Positions 29,788 through 40,639 of a stretch of DNA of 64,000 nt are shown here, piece by piece. Location: the NCBI GenBank assembly GCA_963785235.1, contig CAWAUM010000001.1, positions 224,001-288,000 on the forward strand, given 5' to 3'. The position numbers were made by a program, and so were the translations under genes. Below the pieces are notes generated by a model. That model did no database searches. It saw only the letters and a program-made list of their open reading frames with translations, and was not told where the DNA came from. This DNA is from an uncultured delta proteobacterium. Its GTDB lineage: Bacteria; Desulfobacterota; Desulfomonilia; UBA1062. Numbering within the stretch: the first letter of the stretch is position 1; the number at the start of each line of letters is the position of its first letter.

Positions 29788-29953
29788 CCGCGAGGTGAGC
29801 TGAAGAGCAACGTGTCGTAGGTGTTTGTGTCATGCGTGCCGTCGTTGCCTGCAGCTCTTCGTGATGCAGAGGCGCCTCATGATGAAGTCCTTAGGGTGTG
29901 CGGTCGTAAGTTGCTGATCATGTAATATGGCGCCTTCGTGATGCCCCTCGCGG
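29788..29953. ncRNA. Candidate structured RNA/DNA element (closing stem plus two long hairpins)
   Basis: CCGCGAGG/CCTCGCGG closing stem; hairpins 29797-29857 and 29870-29935, each followed by CTTCGTGATGC; no family recognised. Confidence 0.35.
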
Positions 29954-29988
29954 TCAGATGAGAACATGCGTTCCCTTATCTGCCTGAA

Positions 29989-30216
29989 TCAGGTAAACAA
30001 GCCGGCCAGGCCTTCCCAGTAGAGAGTTCCCCAGGAGTTTATTGTGGGGTCTGCCTTGCAGGTAGGGCAGAAGTGGACGACTATGATGTTTTCCGGGTCA
30101 AAGCTGGTGATCTCCTGGTGTCCGCAGTGTCTGCATACCGGAGTCCCGCACCCTGAGCATGAGGTTTCGGTATGGATGCCGCATGAGCAAGCATCGAGTT
30201 TCCGTGCCGGTAGCAT
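29989..30216 (-). CDS. Small Cys-rich zinc-finger-like protein
   Basis: CSC, CSGC, CRHC, CPTC; GAAAGGGGG RBS. Confidence 0.6.
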   Translation of the reverse strand: MLPARKLDACSCGIHTETSCSGCGTPVCRHCGHQEITSFDPENIIVVHFCPTCKADPTINSWGTLYWEGLAGLFT

Positions 30217-30269
30217 TGAGATGCCCCCTTTCATGCCTTGTTGATTTCGTTGGTTGTTATGAAAGTGAT

Positions 30270-30286
30270 TGCCATTTTTATGCCAA
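30270..30286 (-). promoter_or_regulatory. Sigma-54 promoter of the small Cys-rich gene
   Basis: Minus strand TTGGCAT-AAAAA-TGGCA with correct GG/GC spacing. Confidence 0.5.
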
Positions 30287-30484
30287 GGGGAAGGGCAGGG
30301 GCAATCAGATGTTTGAGATAAAAATGTCGAGGAAAATCAAGAAGCAACTAATTACCCCCTCGATGGTATACCCATGAAACCATAAGCCGGTACTGGTCCG
30401 TATGCCATAAATTTATGGCGTCTGTACCATAAGAGATGCCCGGATCGCCCTTGCAGCAGGATTCTTCGTCATTTACACTATCTC

Positions 30485-32597
30485 CTATTGCAGGCCTTCC
30501 CTTTCCAGAGATTCACTTTGCGCTATGAGCTTATAGATATCCAGGATCAGGGCCACCGTGCCGTCGCCCAGGATGGTAGCCCCTGATACCCCCTCGATGT
30601 TCTTCATGAGGTTGCCCATATTCTTGATCACGGTCTGGTGCTGGCCGATCACCTTGTCCACCAGGAAACCCACCCGCTTTTCGCCGAGCTCGGTGATGAC
30701 TACCTGTTCGATGGGTGGTGTATCCGACTTCAAGCTGAAGGTTTCACGCAAAGAGATGTAAGGGATGATCGCATCCCTCACCCTGATGAGGTGACGACCA
30801 TGGGAGTGCCTTCTCTCTGCATCGGACAGTTCCACGCACTCCACGACTGCGTTCAAGGGGAGAACATAGGAGTCGTTATCAAGGTTCACGAGCAGTCCGT
30901 CAATAATGGCCAGTGTCAAAGGAAGCTTCAAGGTGATGGTGGACCCACGGCCCTTGGCGCTTTGAACCTCAACAGATCCGCCCAGGCCTTCGATGCTGTT
31001 TCTGACCACATCCATGCCGACGCCCCTTCCCGAGACGCCGGTCACGCTTGAAGCCGTAGAAAAACCAGGCGCGAAAATGAGATCGTACAGTTCGCGTTCA
31101 GTGAGCGCAGCATCGGGGCTGATGATGCCTTTTTCTATGGCCTTTGCCCTGATGGCATCTCCACCCAACCCAGCGCCGTCGTCGGCGATACTGGATCAGG
31201 ACATAGGCACCCGAGTGCTGGGCCGAGATCTTGATGATACCTTGAGCGGATTTACCAGAGGCGATTCTGATCTCCGGCGCCTCGATGCCATGATCGATGC
31301 TGTTGCGGATGAGATGGACGAGCGGGTCTGAAAGCTTGTCGATGACGGTCTTGTCGAGTTCGGTTTCCTCGCCTTCCATAATGAAGCCAATGTCCTTGCC
31401 AAGCTCGGTGGACAGGTCACGGACCAGGCGCTTGAACTTGGCAAAGGTCGTCCCGATGGGCAGCATCCTGATACCCATGGAGATATCGCGGAGCTCTGCG
31501 CTGAGCCGTTCCACCTCCTCGGCAATGGCTATGAGGTCCGGGTCGCTCTTTGTTGCCGAGAACTGGGTAAGTCGTGCCTGAACCGTCACCAGCTCGCCCA
31601 CCAGGTTCACCAGGGCATCGAGCCTTGGTGCCGGAACGCGGATGCTGGATGTCTCTTCTGCTACGGCACGTTTTTTATTTTGTGTCCTGATCTGCTCCTG
31701 TTCGGACAGTGCGGATCTGATCTCGGCCTTGTTCACCACCCCGGTATCAAGGAGCACCTCGCCGAGGCGCTTCTGGCTCTTCAGCGCTTTATCCAGGTCC
31801 TCCTTAACGAGGGCGCCGCGCTCCAGCAGGATCTCGCCGATCTTCTTGTCTGGTGCAGCAACATTATCGGGTACTGGCACATGAATGCTCTCTATGGATA
31901 TATCGCTTGAGTCCTCTACAAAGATGAACACATCCCTGATGATGTTTATATCGCTTGTGGTTGTCAGGATAATGTCCCAGCTCGTATAGCAGGCCTCAGG
32001 GTCCATGTCGGCAAGGTCCGGCAGATCATCCATATTGCAAATGAGAGTGCTTTCGCCAAGACCTGCAAGCTCGTTCAGGAGTGGTATGGGATTTGTCCCG
32101 TTGGCAAAAAGGTCTTTGTGAGGTCGGAAACGGATACGGTATGTAGTCAATAGCCCCGAAGCTTTCTCTTTGTTTTCTTGTATTGTCGGCGCATCAGGTT
32201 CTCTTTCAGGCGTTCCCGCTTCAGAGGGGAGATATGCCTTGAAGCTCAGCATAAGTTCGCTTGTCTTTGCCTCGGAAACAGTGTTCAGACCCTGGGAAGC
32301 GCCCAGCATGTCCCTGATCTGGTCGCAGGAGGCAAGCGTCAGGGTGATGAGGTCGGCGGTGACCTTGAGCTTGGAGTCCCTGATGAGGTCATAGATCGTC
32401 TCGATGGTGTGGGTGAATGTTGCAATATCATCGAAACCGAACATGGCCCCCGATCCCTTGATGGTATGCATGGCCCGGAAGACCTTTCCTACAATATCGA
32501 GGTCTTCCGGATGCTGCTCCAGCTCAAGGAGGGAGTCCTCAAGGTTTGTAAGGAGCTCGTATGCCTCTTCCCTGTACAGATCTTTCTGGTTTTCCAT
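30485..32597 (-). CDS. cheA: Chemotaxis histidine kinase CheA with MshEN-like insert, frameshift near 31190
   Basis: FRAMHTIKG (Hpt), LVNLVGELV, HLIRNSIDHGIE, FAPGFSTA..V..VSGRGVGMDVV, CheW-like C-terminal domain. Confidence 0.95.
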
Positions 32598-32655
32598 ATC
32601 CTGTTACCTCAATGATGATGCCTTTGTTGTGCAATCCCGCACCATATATTCCTGC

Positions 32656-33021
32656 CTATCCCAGCAATCGTTTCACCACGGCAATGAGCTGTTCCGGCTT
32701 GAAGGGCTTCACGATCCAGCCCGTGGCGCCCGCCTGTTTTCCTGCATCTTTCTTGTTCATGGCGCTCTCAGTGGTAAGCATCACGATGGGGGTGAACTTG
32801 AAGGTCGGCTCAGAGCGTAAGGCCTGGATCAGCTCTATCCCGTCCATATTCGGCATGTTCAAGTCGGTAATCACCATGTCCACCATGGAGGATTTTGCCT
32901 TTTGAAGCGCATCCTGGCCGTCAACGGCCGATACCACTTCATAGCCTTCCTTCTCAAGGGTGAACACTACCAGTTGACGGATGCTCGCTGAATCATCCGC
33001 ACTCAAGATCCTCTTACTCAT
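32656..33021 (-). CDS. cheY: Chemotaxis response regulator CheY
   Basis: Single receiver domain: ADDS, TDLNMPNMDG, MLTTES, GWIVKPF. Confidence 0.92.
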   Translation of the reverse strand: MSKRILSADDSASIRQLVVFTLEKEGYEVVSAVDGQDALQKAKSSMVDMVITDLNMPNMDGIELIQALRSEPTFKFTPIVMLTTESAMNKKDAGKQAGATGWIVKPFKPEQLIAVVKRLLG

Positions 33022-33364
33022 CTCTTCCTCCTGTGGTCCACAGACATGGACCATGGGGTTCTCTATCACAGGCTTCAGGAACGAGGGCGACTGAAGATAA
33101 TGACCTGACGACGCCTTCCGGCAGTACGCCGGCTATACGTATGCCCTTCTGGGCCCGGGAGTATGTCTTATGCGCTGAGCAGAAAATCTGAAGACATGCG
33201 AGATCAACGGACTGCACCCTTGAGAGGTCGATCAGGAGTGTCTCTGCTGATGGCAAGGCCTCCAGGAGGCACTCTCTCAGCTCGGATGCATCCTGAATGG
33301 ACAGGTCGCCCTCCGCACTGAGGATCTTTGCATTGTCCTTGTCTTCCATGGATATCTTTGCCAT
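33014..33364 (-). CDS. STAS domain protein
   Basis: EGDLSIQDA.EL, IDLSRVQSVDLACLQ. Confidence 0.85.
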   Translation of the reverse strand: MAKISMEDKDNAKILSAEGDLSIQDASELRECLLEALPSAETLLIDLSRVQSVDLACLQIFCSAHKTYSRAQKGIRIAGVLPEGVVRSLSSVALVPEACDREPHGPCLWTTGGRDE

Positions 33365-33429
33365 TGTTCCCTCCTGCTCCACTTCTTAAACTGTCTATCT
33401 TTTTACAAGTCGGGTACGTTCATTTCTGC

Positions 33430-35265
33430 TTAGAAGAGTTCCACATTATCGCCCAGACCATCGGCAGCTTCTCCTTGCACACCCTGCTCAGGCGTTGCAT
33501 TAACTGCCGACACACTCTTCATATGGACCTCGCGTTCGCTCTGCATGGTGTAGAGCTTGTCGATATCAGCCATGAATGATGATGATGTATCGTTAAATCC
33601 TTCCGGACATATCTTTTCCGCGTCATCCGTGATCCCTGAGACAGTCTCCAATACCTCACCGAGCATGGCCTGGAACTCTTTATGTACATCGATATGGGAG
33701 GCCGTATCTTCGATATCCATCATGAGAGACTTGCCCAGGTCGGTCAGCTCCGTGAGCATGGAAATAACCGTGATGTTGATCTCATGGAGCAAGGCGATAA
33801 GGCCTTTCAGTTTCTCCATGAGGATATCCGAGAGCTCCTTTTCAGTGCCCTGCATGTCCTTGAAGTCTCTATTGAAGGTGGTTGAAAGGTTTACCAGGGT
33901 CGAGAGCATCGTAGAGAGGTTCCCAGTATCCTCTCGGGCATTTATGGAGAGCTCGTAGATGCTTCCTGAGATGGTATCAAGCGCGGCCCCTTCCTGGCCC
34001 AAATGGGCGGCCTTGATCCGAGCATTCAGTGCGATGAGCTGGAGATGGAGCCCCAGTGTCTCAATGTCCTTTACGAACATGGACATCTCCGCGGCCATTT
34101 CACTCGCATTGCTCACCGTGTCCGTGAGTTTGTCCTGCTCTTGGTCCGCAAGCCCCATGCCCTGGATTACCGAGGATATGCCTTGGTCGATCTCTTCCAT
34201 AAAGGTCGTCCCTGATGTTTCTGAGGCCATGGTTGCCTCGTGGGCTTCATGGATGATTTCACCTACACTCCTGCCGATGGACCGGAGGTTACTGATGATC
34301 TTGAGTACGGCGCTGGTCAGTTCATCGCGTGATTGGGCAAGCTGGGCATGCTGAAGCCTTGACACATCCCTCACAAAGGCCGCCTTTTCGGCAATGGTGT
34401 GCCCCTGTTCGTGAACCTTTTTGTCCATATGATCGAACACCTCCTTGACATGTTCGATCTGCTGGCGGGTGATGTCGTGAAACTGCAGCGACATGACAAT
34501 ATCGCCGATGTTTGATGCGATCCTCTGTGTACCCTTATCTATGAGCGCGGTGGAACCCGAAGCCGCTACGTGTTTGTTCTTCAGCGAACGATGGTTGTTA
34601 AAGGCTTTTTCCAGCATGGTGCGTGCCTGGTCGCCTTGGTTTTTCTCGAAGTCCGATAGCTGTGTGACGGTATGGACAAGAAAGGACTTCACTGTTTCTG
34701 ATTTAGACCTGATGTGTGCGGCCTTTTGCCTGATGGTCTCCGCCAGGCCCCTCACATCGTCGGTAAGGCTTGCAAAGCCTGTGTCGTTGGTGAAGATGTA
34801 AGCGTTCTCCACCTGGGTGAGGAACCCGAGCATGATCAGATTCATCACGATCATATGGAAATCGTCCAGGTACGAGGTGACCTTTGAAATGGCATTCAGG
34901 TGCTCGGTGAATACCCCTGTTGTCCTGGAGATGTTCTTCTCGGGGGTTTTGAAACGCATCCTCAGCTCATCCAGGATCTGGCTCAACCCGTCGGTTGCGT
35001 TTTTCAGGTCATTGCCGGCCAGGAGATCGACCATGGCGCTGGATTTGTTACTCATGTCCCGGGAGCGCCGGTAAAACTCCTGCAGCTTTTCCCCTATGGA
35101 AAGGAATCGATCCCCCGATGATGAAACGATATCATCGAGCCTGGACTGAAGAGTATGCAATTGATCAGTCAACCCTTGTATGGCCTCCATATCATCTTTG
35201 GCATGCGTGGCTGAAGGTCCTGTGCGATGAGGCAGGAATCCGGCGAGTATCTTTTTCAGGCCCAT
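33430..35265 (-). CDS. Soluble MCP-like chemotaxis protein with a CheZ-like motif
   Basis: LIALNARIKAAHLGQEG, a degenerate first hairpin tip, LQFHDITRQQIEHV, C-terminal NVELF; no TM segments. Confidence 0.75.
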   Translation of the reverse strand: MGLKKILAGFLPHRTGPSATHAKDDMEAIQGLTDQLHTLQSRLDDIVSSSGDRFLSIGEKLQEFYRRSRDMSNKSSAMVDLLAGNDLKNATDGLSQILDELRMRFKTPEKNISRTTGVFTEHLNAISKVTSYLDDFHMIVMNLIMLGFLTQVENAYIFTNDTGFASLTDDVRGLAETIRQKAAHIRSKSETVKSFLVHTVTQLSDFEKNQGDQARTMLEKAFNNHRSLKNKHVAASGSTALIDKGTQRIASNIGDIVMSLQFHDITRQQIEHVKEVFDHMDKKVHEQGHTIAEKAAFVRDVSRLQHAQLAQSRDELTSAVLKIISNLRSIGRSVGEIIHEAHEATMASETSGTTFMEEIDQGISSVIQGMGLADQEQDKLTDTVSNASEMAAEMSMFVKDIETLGLHLQLIALNARIKAAHLGQEGAALDTISGSIYELSINAREDTGNLSTMLSTLVNLSTTFNRDFKDMQGTEKELSDILMEKLKGLIALLHEINITVISMLTELTDLGKSLMMDIEDTASHIDVHKEFQAMLGEVLETVSGITDDAEKICPEGFNDTSSSFMADIDKLYTMQSEREVHMKSVSAVNATPEQGVQGEAADGLGDNVELF

Positions 35266-35270
35266 GTATT

Positions 35271-36368
35271 TTATCCTGTCTTCATGCGTGCGAGCTGGTA
35301 GGCACGCATGATTTCTCCGGGCATGGATTCCAAGGACATAACCTTATCCACCCCGCCTAACTTGATGGCCTCGTTCGGCATGCCGAACACGATGCAGCTC
35401 TCTTCGTTCTGGGCAATGGTGTAGGCCCCGGCCTCTTTCATTTCCAGCATGCCCTTGGCCCCGTCGTCGCCCATGCCGGTCATGATGACGCCGATGGCAT
35501 TCCTTCCGGCATAACGTGCCGTGGAGCGGAATAACACATCGACTGAAGGGCGGTGGCGGGAGACGAGCGGACCGTCCTTGATCTCTACAAAGTACCGGGC
35601 CCCGCTGCGTTTGAGCAGGAGGTGATGGTTGCCGGGCGCGATGAGTGCATGGCCGGGCAGCACGGTATCGTTGTTGGCAGCCTCTTTCACGGTGATCTGA
35701 CAGAGCGAGTCGAGCCTTTTGGAAAAGGCCGAGGTAAATCCCTCAGGCATGTGCTGCACGATGACGATACCGGGGCAGTCCCTGGGCAGCGCCTCCAGAA
35801 AAATCCTCAATGCTTCTGTCCCGCCTGTGGAAGCCCCGACCGCAACTACCTTTTCGGTAGTCTGAAGCACGGAATCGGGTTTGGCCTTGGCAATGATCAC
35901 GTCGGCGCTGAGCTTGGGCTGCACCAGGGATGTTTCTGCCGTGCTCGAGATCTTTTTGGTCTTGGTCTTGGTCCGCGATGCTGCCACCACGACATCGCAG
36001 ATGAGCGTGCTCGATTCGACAAGCATCTGCTTGGTGCCCAGCGCGGGCTTGTGGATTACCTCCACGGCGCCGTACTCCAGGGCCTTGAAGGCCGTCTCGG
36101 TTCTCTGGCCTGCGAGTGAAGAGCAGATGACCACCGGGATTGGGTGCTGGGCCATGATTTTTTTCAAGAAGGTTAACCCGTCCATGCGTGGCATCTCCAC
36201 GTCCAGGGTGATTACATCCGGGACCTGCTCGTTGATCTTTTCGGCCGCAATAAAAGGGTCGGATGCAGTGCTAATTACCTCGATCCTCGAGTCGGATGAG
36301 AGGATGTCATAAAGTGTCTGCCTCACGAGGGCGGAATCGTCCACAATGAGTACCTTGACCTTTTTCAT
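35271..36368 (-). CDS. cheB: Chemotaxis methylesterase CheB
   Basis: Receiver domain plus [27 protein letters not shown]. Confidence 0.97.
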   Translation of the reverse strand: MKKVKVLIVDDSALVRQTLYDILSSDSRIEVISTASDPFIAAEKINEQVPDVITLDVEMPRMDGLTFLKKIMAQHPIPVVICSSLAGQRTETAFKALEYGAVEVIHKPALGTKQMLVESSTLICDVVVAASRTKTKTKKISSTAETSLVQPKLSADVIIAKAKPDSVLQTTEKVVAVGASTGGTEALRIFLEALPRDCPGIVIVQHMPEGFTSAFSKRLDSLCQITVKEAANNDTVLPGHALIAPGNHHLLLKRSGARYFVEIKDGPLVSRHRPSVDVLFRSTARYAGRNAIGVIMTGMGDDGAKGMLEMKEAGAYTIAQNEESCIVFGMPNEAIKLGGVDKVMSLESMPGEIMRAYQLARMKTG

Positions 36369-36916
36369 TTCTCACTTCCTGAAGCATAAAGGGCAACCTG
36401 GGGTGCCACTTTTGATACGAACTTCGTGAATACTTCGCCCGTATCCGTGTAGAAGATCACCTTTCTTCCCTTGTTGCCTCCCACGTTCCAGGCCTTGAGC
36501 TTCAGCTTCTTCTCGTGGATTACCTTCAGTGCCACCTCAATGTTTTTCGTGCCCACCGAGAAGGAGGTTTCATATTTTTTGCTGTCATAGAATATCTCCG
36601 AGCCTCCGAAAATCTTCACCTCGAGATCTTTGGAATTGATCCCTCTCTTCTCGAAACGGTTCAGCATCCACTCCACCGAGCTGTCCACGTACTGTAAGAC
36701 CTCTTCTGATGGTGGCCTTTTCTTCTTCGCTGCCTCATATGTCGGCATGACGGCGTGGCAGATGGCCCCTATCCTGGTGTGCCGATGGTACATGATCACG
36801 GCAACGCACGACCCCAGAACCGTTATCACCCGGGATGGCTCAGCGCCGAAGTGCACCTCGCCCGGCTTCAGGTAGATAGTCGGGAGTTCCTGAACGGGGC
36901 TGATTCTCCGGTGCAC
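36365..36916 (-). CDS. cheD: Chemoreceptor deamidase CheD
   Basis: [25 protein letters not shown]. Confidence 0.92.
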   Translation of the reverse strand: MHRRISPVQELPTIYLKPGEVHFGAEPSRVITVLGSCVAVIMYHRHTRIGAICHAVMPTYEAAKKKRPPSEEVLQYVDSSVEWMLNRFEKRGINSKDLEVKIFGGSEIFYDSKKYETSFSVGTKNIEVALKVIHEKKLKLKAWNVGGNKGRKVIFYTDTGEVFTKFVSKVAPQVALYASGSEK

Positions 36917-37804
36917 CTAGATCCTCCTTGATATGGTGTTGGCCACTGTCTCGATGGGGAGGTCCATGCCGCTGAGCGTCTCCGAGTGCCCGGTGAACAG
37001 ATAACCGCCCACTGCAAGATGCCTGCACAGGTGGTCAACGACCTTTTCCTGGGTTGAACGATCGAAATAGATGAGCACGTTCCTGCAGAAGATGATGTCC
37101 ATCTTCTCTCTCAGCCCGAAATCCTCATTCATGAAATTGAGCCAGCGGAACCTCACCTTTGAGCGCAGGTCGGGAATGACCCTCACGGTCTTATTTTTCG
37201 GGTCCTTGCTCCTCATGAAGTATCGTCTGCGCAACTCAATAGGAACAGGCATGATGCGTTCTTCATGGTAGATGGCATCCTTTGCCTTTTCGAGCATCCT
37301 GGTGGATATGTCCGTTGCGAGCACCATGGATTGAAAACCCGGTGTCTTCTTGGCATACTCTTCCAAGACCATGGCCAGGGTGTAGGGCTCTTCACCTGAA
37401 GAGCACGCTGCAGACCAGGCCATCAGTGTCCTCTTAACGCCTGCCCCTGTGGACTTGATCAGGTCCGGGATGGCCTTGTTCACGAGGTAATCAAAGTGCT
37501 GCGGTTCCCGGAAGAAATCGGTCTTGTTGGTGGTGACCGCATCGATCATGTGCACAAGTTCGTTGCTCCTGCCCTCGGGGCTGAAGAGAAATTTGCAGTA
37601 CTCTTCGAAAGAGGCAAACCCCAGCGCCCTCATCCTTTTAATGAGGCGGGCCTCCAGCATGGTTAATTTTGCCGGCGGCATCTTGATGCCGCATGTCTCG
37701 TAGATGAATGAGCTGAGCTTGTTGAAGAGGTCCTGAGACAAGGCGGCCCTTGCCTCAGGCTCCGGGCGCATGTTCTGGTTGGGTGAACTTCCAGTGAAGG
37801 ACAT
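36917..37804 (-). CDS. cheR: Chemotaxis methyltransferase CheR
   Basis: TTNKTDFFRE, WSAACSSGEEPYT, IFCRNVLIYF, GHSE. Confidence 0.97.
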   Translation of the reverse strand: MSFTGSSPNQNMRPEPEARAALSQDLFNKLSSFIYETCGIKMPPAKLTMLEARLIKRMRALGFASFEEYCKFLFSPEGRSNELVHMIDAVTTNKTDFFREPQHFDYLVNKAIPDLIKSTGAGVKRTLMAWSAACSSGEEPYTLAMVLEEYAKKTPGFQSMVLATDISTRMLEKAKDAIYHEERIMPVPIELRRRYFMRSKDPKNKTVRVIPDLRSKVRFRWLNFMNEDFGLREKMDIIFCRNVLIYFDRSTQEKVVDHLCRHLAVGGYLFTGHSETLSGMDLPIETVANTISRRI

Positions 37805-37815
37805 ATATCCTCTTT

Positions 37816-38331
37816 TTATAGATCCGCCATACCAACCGCGCCGGTTGATGCTCCGGTCTGGGTGACCAGGGAGAGCTCTTCTGCCGAGAACACCTTGTCG
37901 ATGTCCAGGATCATGACGAACTCCTCCTCGCGCTTGCCCATACCCTTGATGAAATCCGTATTCAGCCGGGTGCCGATCCTGGGGGCCGGCTCGATGCTCT
38001 CGGGCTCCAGTTCCATGACTTCATGCACCGAATCAGCCAGGACCCCCAGCACGGTGTTATCCCCTTCAATGGAGACCTCACCGATGATGATCCTGGTGTT
38101 CACGGTCTTATCCGTTGTCTTGTTGCCGAACTTCATATTGAGGTCCACCACCGGCACCACCGAGCCCCGCAGGTTTATCACGCCCTGCATGTAATCAGGG
38201 GTCTGGGGCACCTTGGTGATCTTGGTGAAGTCGAGCACCTCCCTGACCTTGGATATGTCCAGGGCGAACTCTTCTTCCTCGAGCTTGAACGAAAGGTATT
38301 GTCTGGTTTCGTTTATTCCTTCCACGCTCAT
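37816..38331 (-). CDS. cheW: Chemotaxis coupling protein CheW
   Basis: QYLSF.L, ITKVP..P.YMQGVINLRG.VVPVVDL. Confidence 0.96.
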   Translation of the reverse strand: MSVEGINETRQYLSFKLEEEEFALDISKVREVLDFTKITKVPQTPDYMQGVINLRGSVVPVVDLNMKFGNKTTDKTVNTRIIIGEVSIEGDNTVLGVLADSVHEVMELEPESIEPAPRIGTRLNTDFIKGMGKREEEFVMILDIDKVFSAEELSLVTQTGASTGAVGMADL

Positions 38332-38386
38332 TGCCTTCTCCTTGTTACGTTTATATGTTTTCTCCATCATCGCATTTCATTACATA

Positions 38387-40417
38387 TCAATACTGTTCGA
38401 AATCCTCGTCCTTGGGGTCGCCCTTGGAATCTTTATCGCTCATGTCAATGAGCACGCCGGTATGCCGGGGACCACTCTCGTCCCTTCCCTTGATTACCCT
38501 GGATGCCTCACGTTGAACATTCACTACGCGGGGTTTTGCGAGAATATGACTGGTCTTGGCCGTCTTTACCGATACAGCCTTCCTTGTGCCGTCCTTGTCG
38601 ATCTTGAAGAAGGAGATGGCCTCCTGGAGCTGCATGGCCTGGCTTGAGAGCTCCTCGGAGGTCGACGACATCTCTTCTGCCGCGGATGCGTTCTGCTGAA
38701 CCACCTGGTTGAGCTGCTGGATGGCCTGGTTGATCTGCTCGGCCCCGGTGTTCTGCTCGTTGCTCGCTGCAGTGATCTCCTGGACGAGCTGTGCGGTCTT
38801 GCCGATGTCGGGCACGATCTGGGTGAGCAGCTTGCCTGCCTTTTCGGCCACCTCGACGCTGCTGACCGAGAGCTTGCTGATCTCGCCTGCCGCCTCTGCG
38901 GAACGCTCGGCAAGACGCCTCACCGCGGATGCCACCACGGCGAATCCCTTGCCGTGCTCGCCTGCGCGGGCAGCCTCGATGGCGGCGTTTAACGCCAGCA
39001 GATCGGTCTGCCGGGCGATCTCTTCGACAATGGAGATCTTTTCGGCAATGGTCTTCATGGCGGTGACGGTCTCAACAACGGCCTTGCCGCCTTCACGTGC
39101 GTCCTCAGCCGACTTGACGGCAAGCTTCTCGGTCTGCTGGGCATTGTCCGCATTCTGGCGGATATTGGACGCCATCTCCTCCATGGAAGATGATGCCTCT
39201 TCGGCAGCGCTTGCCTGTTCTGACGCGCCCTGGGACATCTGCTCGGCCGTGGAGCTCATCTGCTCTGAGCCTGCGGCCACGTTGTCCGCTGCGCTGTGGA
39301 CATCCGCCACGATGGTCCTGAGCTTACCCATCATATTCCGTAAGGCATCCGCCAGCTGGCCGATCTCGTCCTTCTGGTCGATATCGATATTTGCCGTGAG
39401 GTCGCCCTCGGACACAGATACCGCCAGGTCCACGCCTTTCCTGATGCCCGAGGTGATGAGGCGGGCGAAGAGGAAGAACACCACAAAGGCGGCAGCAAAG
39501 AATATTGCTCCCACCACCATCACGATGTTGCGCACCTCAACGGCCTTTGCAAGGAATTCGGCATCGGGCAAAGAGAGGCCCACGCTCCATCCTGTCAGGG
39601 GAACCGGCGCAAACCCGCCGGTCTTGGCAATCCCCTTGAAAACATAGGTATCCACGCCCGCCTGGCCGGACAACATCTTTTTGGTGATATCTTCCATGCC
39701 CTCTAATGTAGCGAGATTGAGTTTCAATATGTTTTCTTTGACAGGGTGTGCTATAGTGACACCTTCTTTGTTCACCATAAAGGCATAGCCTGTCTTACCG
39801 ATCTTGGCCCCGGCTATAACTTCACTTAAGTATCCGATATCCAGGACATTAGCGATCACACCCACGACCTTGCCGTCCGGTGACACGATCGGGACCGCTA
39901 TGGGGACGAATGGTTCACCCGTGACCTTATTCAGGGCTGCCTCGCCGATGTTCGCCCTGCCCGCTACGGCGTCTTTGAAATATCCCCGGTCTGCCAGGGA
40001 GACCCCCACGAACTTGGGGTCGGAGGCGGCAAAACTTGTGCCGCGCTGATCTATGGCGATCACCACCTGAGAGTTGTCCTTGAGCCCTTCGGTCTTATTG
40101 AAGGTTTCCAGCTTCTTATTGAGTTCTGCCACTTCCCCTGCAGCGGCCTGGATGCCCGAACCGGCCACAGCAGTTGCAGCCTTTATTGTGGAATTCCCAA
40201 CGGCGAGATCCCTGACCACCTTCAGCTCCCCGGTCAGGGCGAGATTTACGGCCTGGGCAAGGGATTTGGTTACCCCGGCGAGCTGTTCTTTCTCGATCTC
40301 GCCGAGCCCGATGCTTGCCTGCCTCACCGAGAGAAAGCCCACCACGGATATGGGGACCAGCAGCAGGATCGACCCCACGAGAATCAGTTTTGTTCCCAGT
40401 TTCAGATTCTTAAACAT
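38387..40417 (-). CDS. Methyl-accepting chemotaxis protein (dCache, HAMP, C-terminal pentapeptide)
   Basis: Two TM segments, Cache motifs, [35 protein letters not shown]-terminal DFEQY. Confidence 0.96.
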   Translation of the reverse strand: MFKNLKLGTKLILVGSILLLVPISVVGFLSVRQASIGLGEIEKEQLAGVTKSLAQAVNLALTGELKVVRDLAVGNSTIKAATAVAGSGIQAAAGEVAELNKKLETFNKTEGLKDNSQVVIAIDQRGTSFAASDPKFVGVSLADRGYFKDAVAGRANIGEAALNKVTGEPFVPIAVPIVSPDGKVVGVIANVLDIGYLSEVIAGAKIGKTGYAFMVNKEGVTIAHPVKENILKLNLATLEGMEDITKKMLSGQAGVDTYVFKGIAKTGGFAPVPLTGWSVGLSLPDAEFLAKAVEVRNIVMVVGAIFFAAAFVVFFLFARLITSGIRKGVDLAVSVSEGDLTANIDIDQKDEIGQLADALRNMMGKLRTIVADVHSAADNVAAGSEQMSSTAEQMSQGASEQASAAEEASSSMEEMASNIRQNADNAQQTEKLAVKSAEDAREGGKAVVETVTAMKTIAEKISIVEEIARQTDLLALNAAIEAARAGEHGKGFAVVASAVRRLAERSAEAAGEISKLSVSSVEVAEKAGKLLTQIVPDIGKTAQLVQEITAASNEQNTGAEQINQAIQQLNQVVQQNASAAEEMSSTSEELSSQAMQLQEAISFFKIDKDGTRKAVSVKTAKTSHILAKPRVVNVQREASRVIKGRDESGPRHTGVLIDMSDKDSKGDPKDEDFEQY

Positions 40418-40639
40418 TGTCTCCTCCCTGAAGTGACAGTGATATGAAACAATGATCCGGTTCTAGGATGCCTGGACCATGCTCATTTTTTGATAGTTGG
40501 TATTGATCGGCTCCGCCTTCTGTTGCCACCGGTCTCGTTCTGTTGGCGTTCACGAAAAAATTGCCCTCTTCCCGGGCAGGGAAAGAGGGCAAGGAAAGGG
40601 GGTGAACCATTATTGTCTGTACGTTATGGATTGAGCCTT

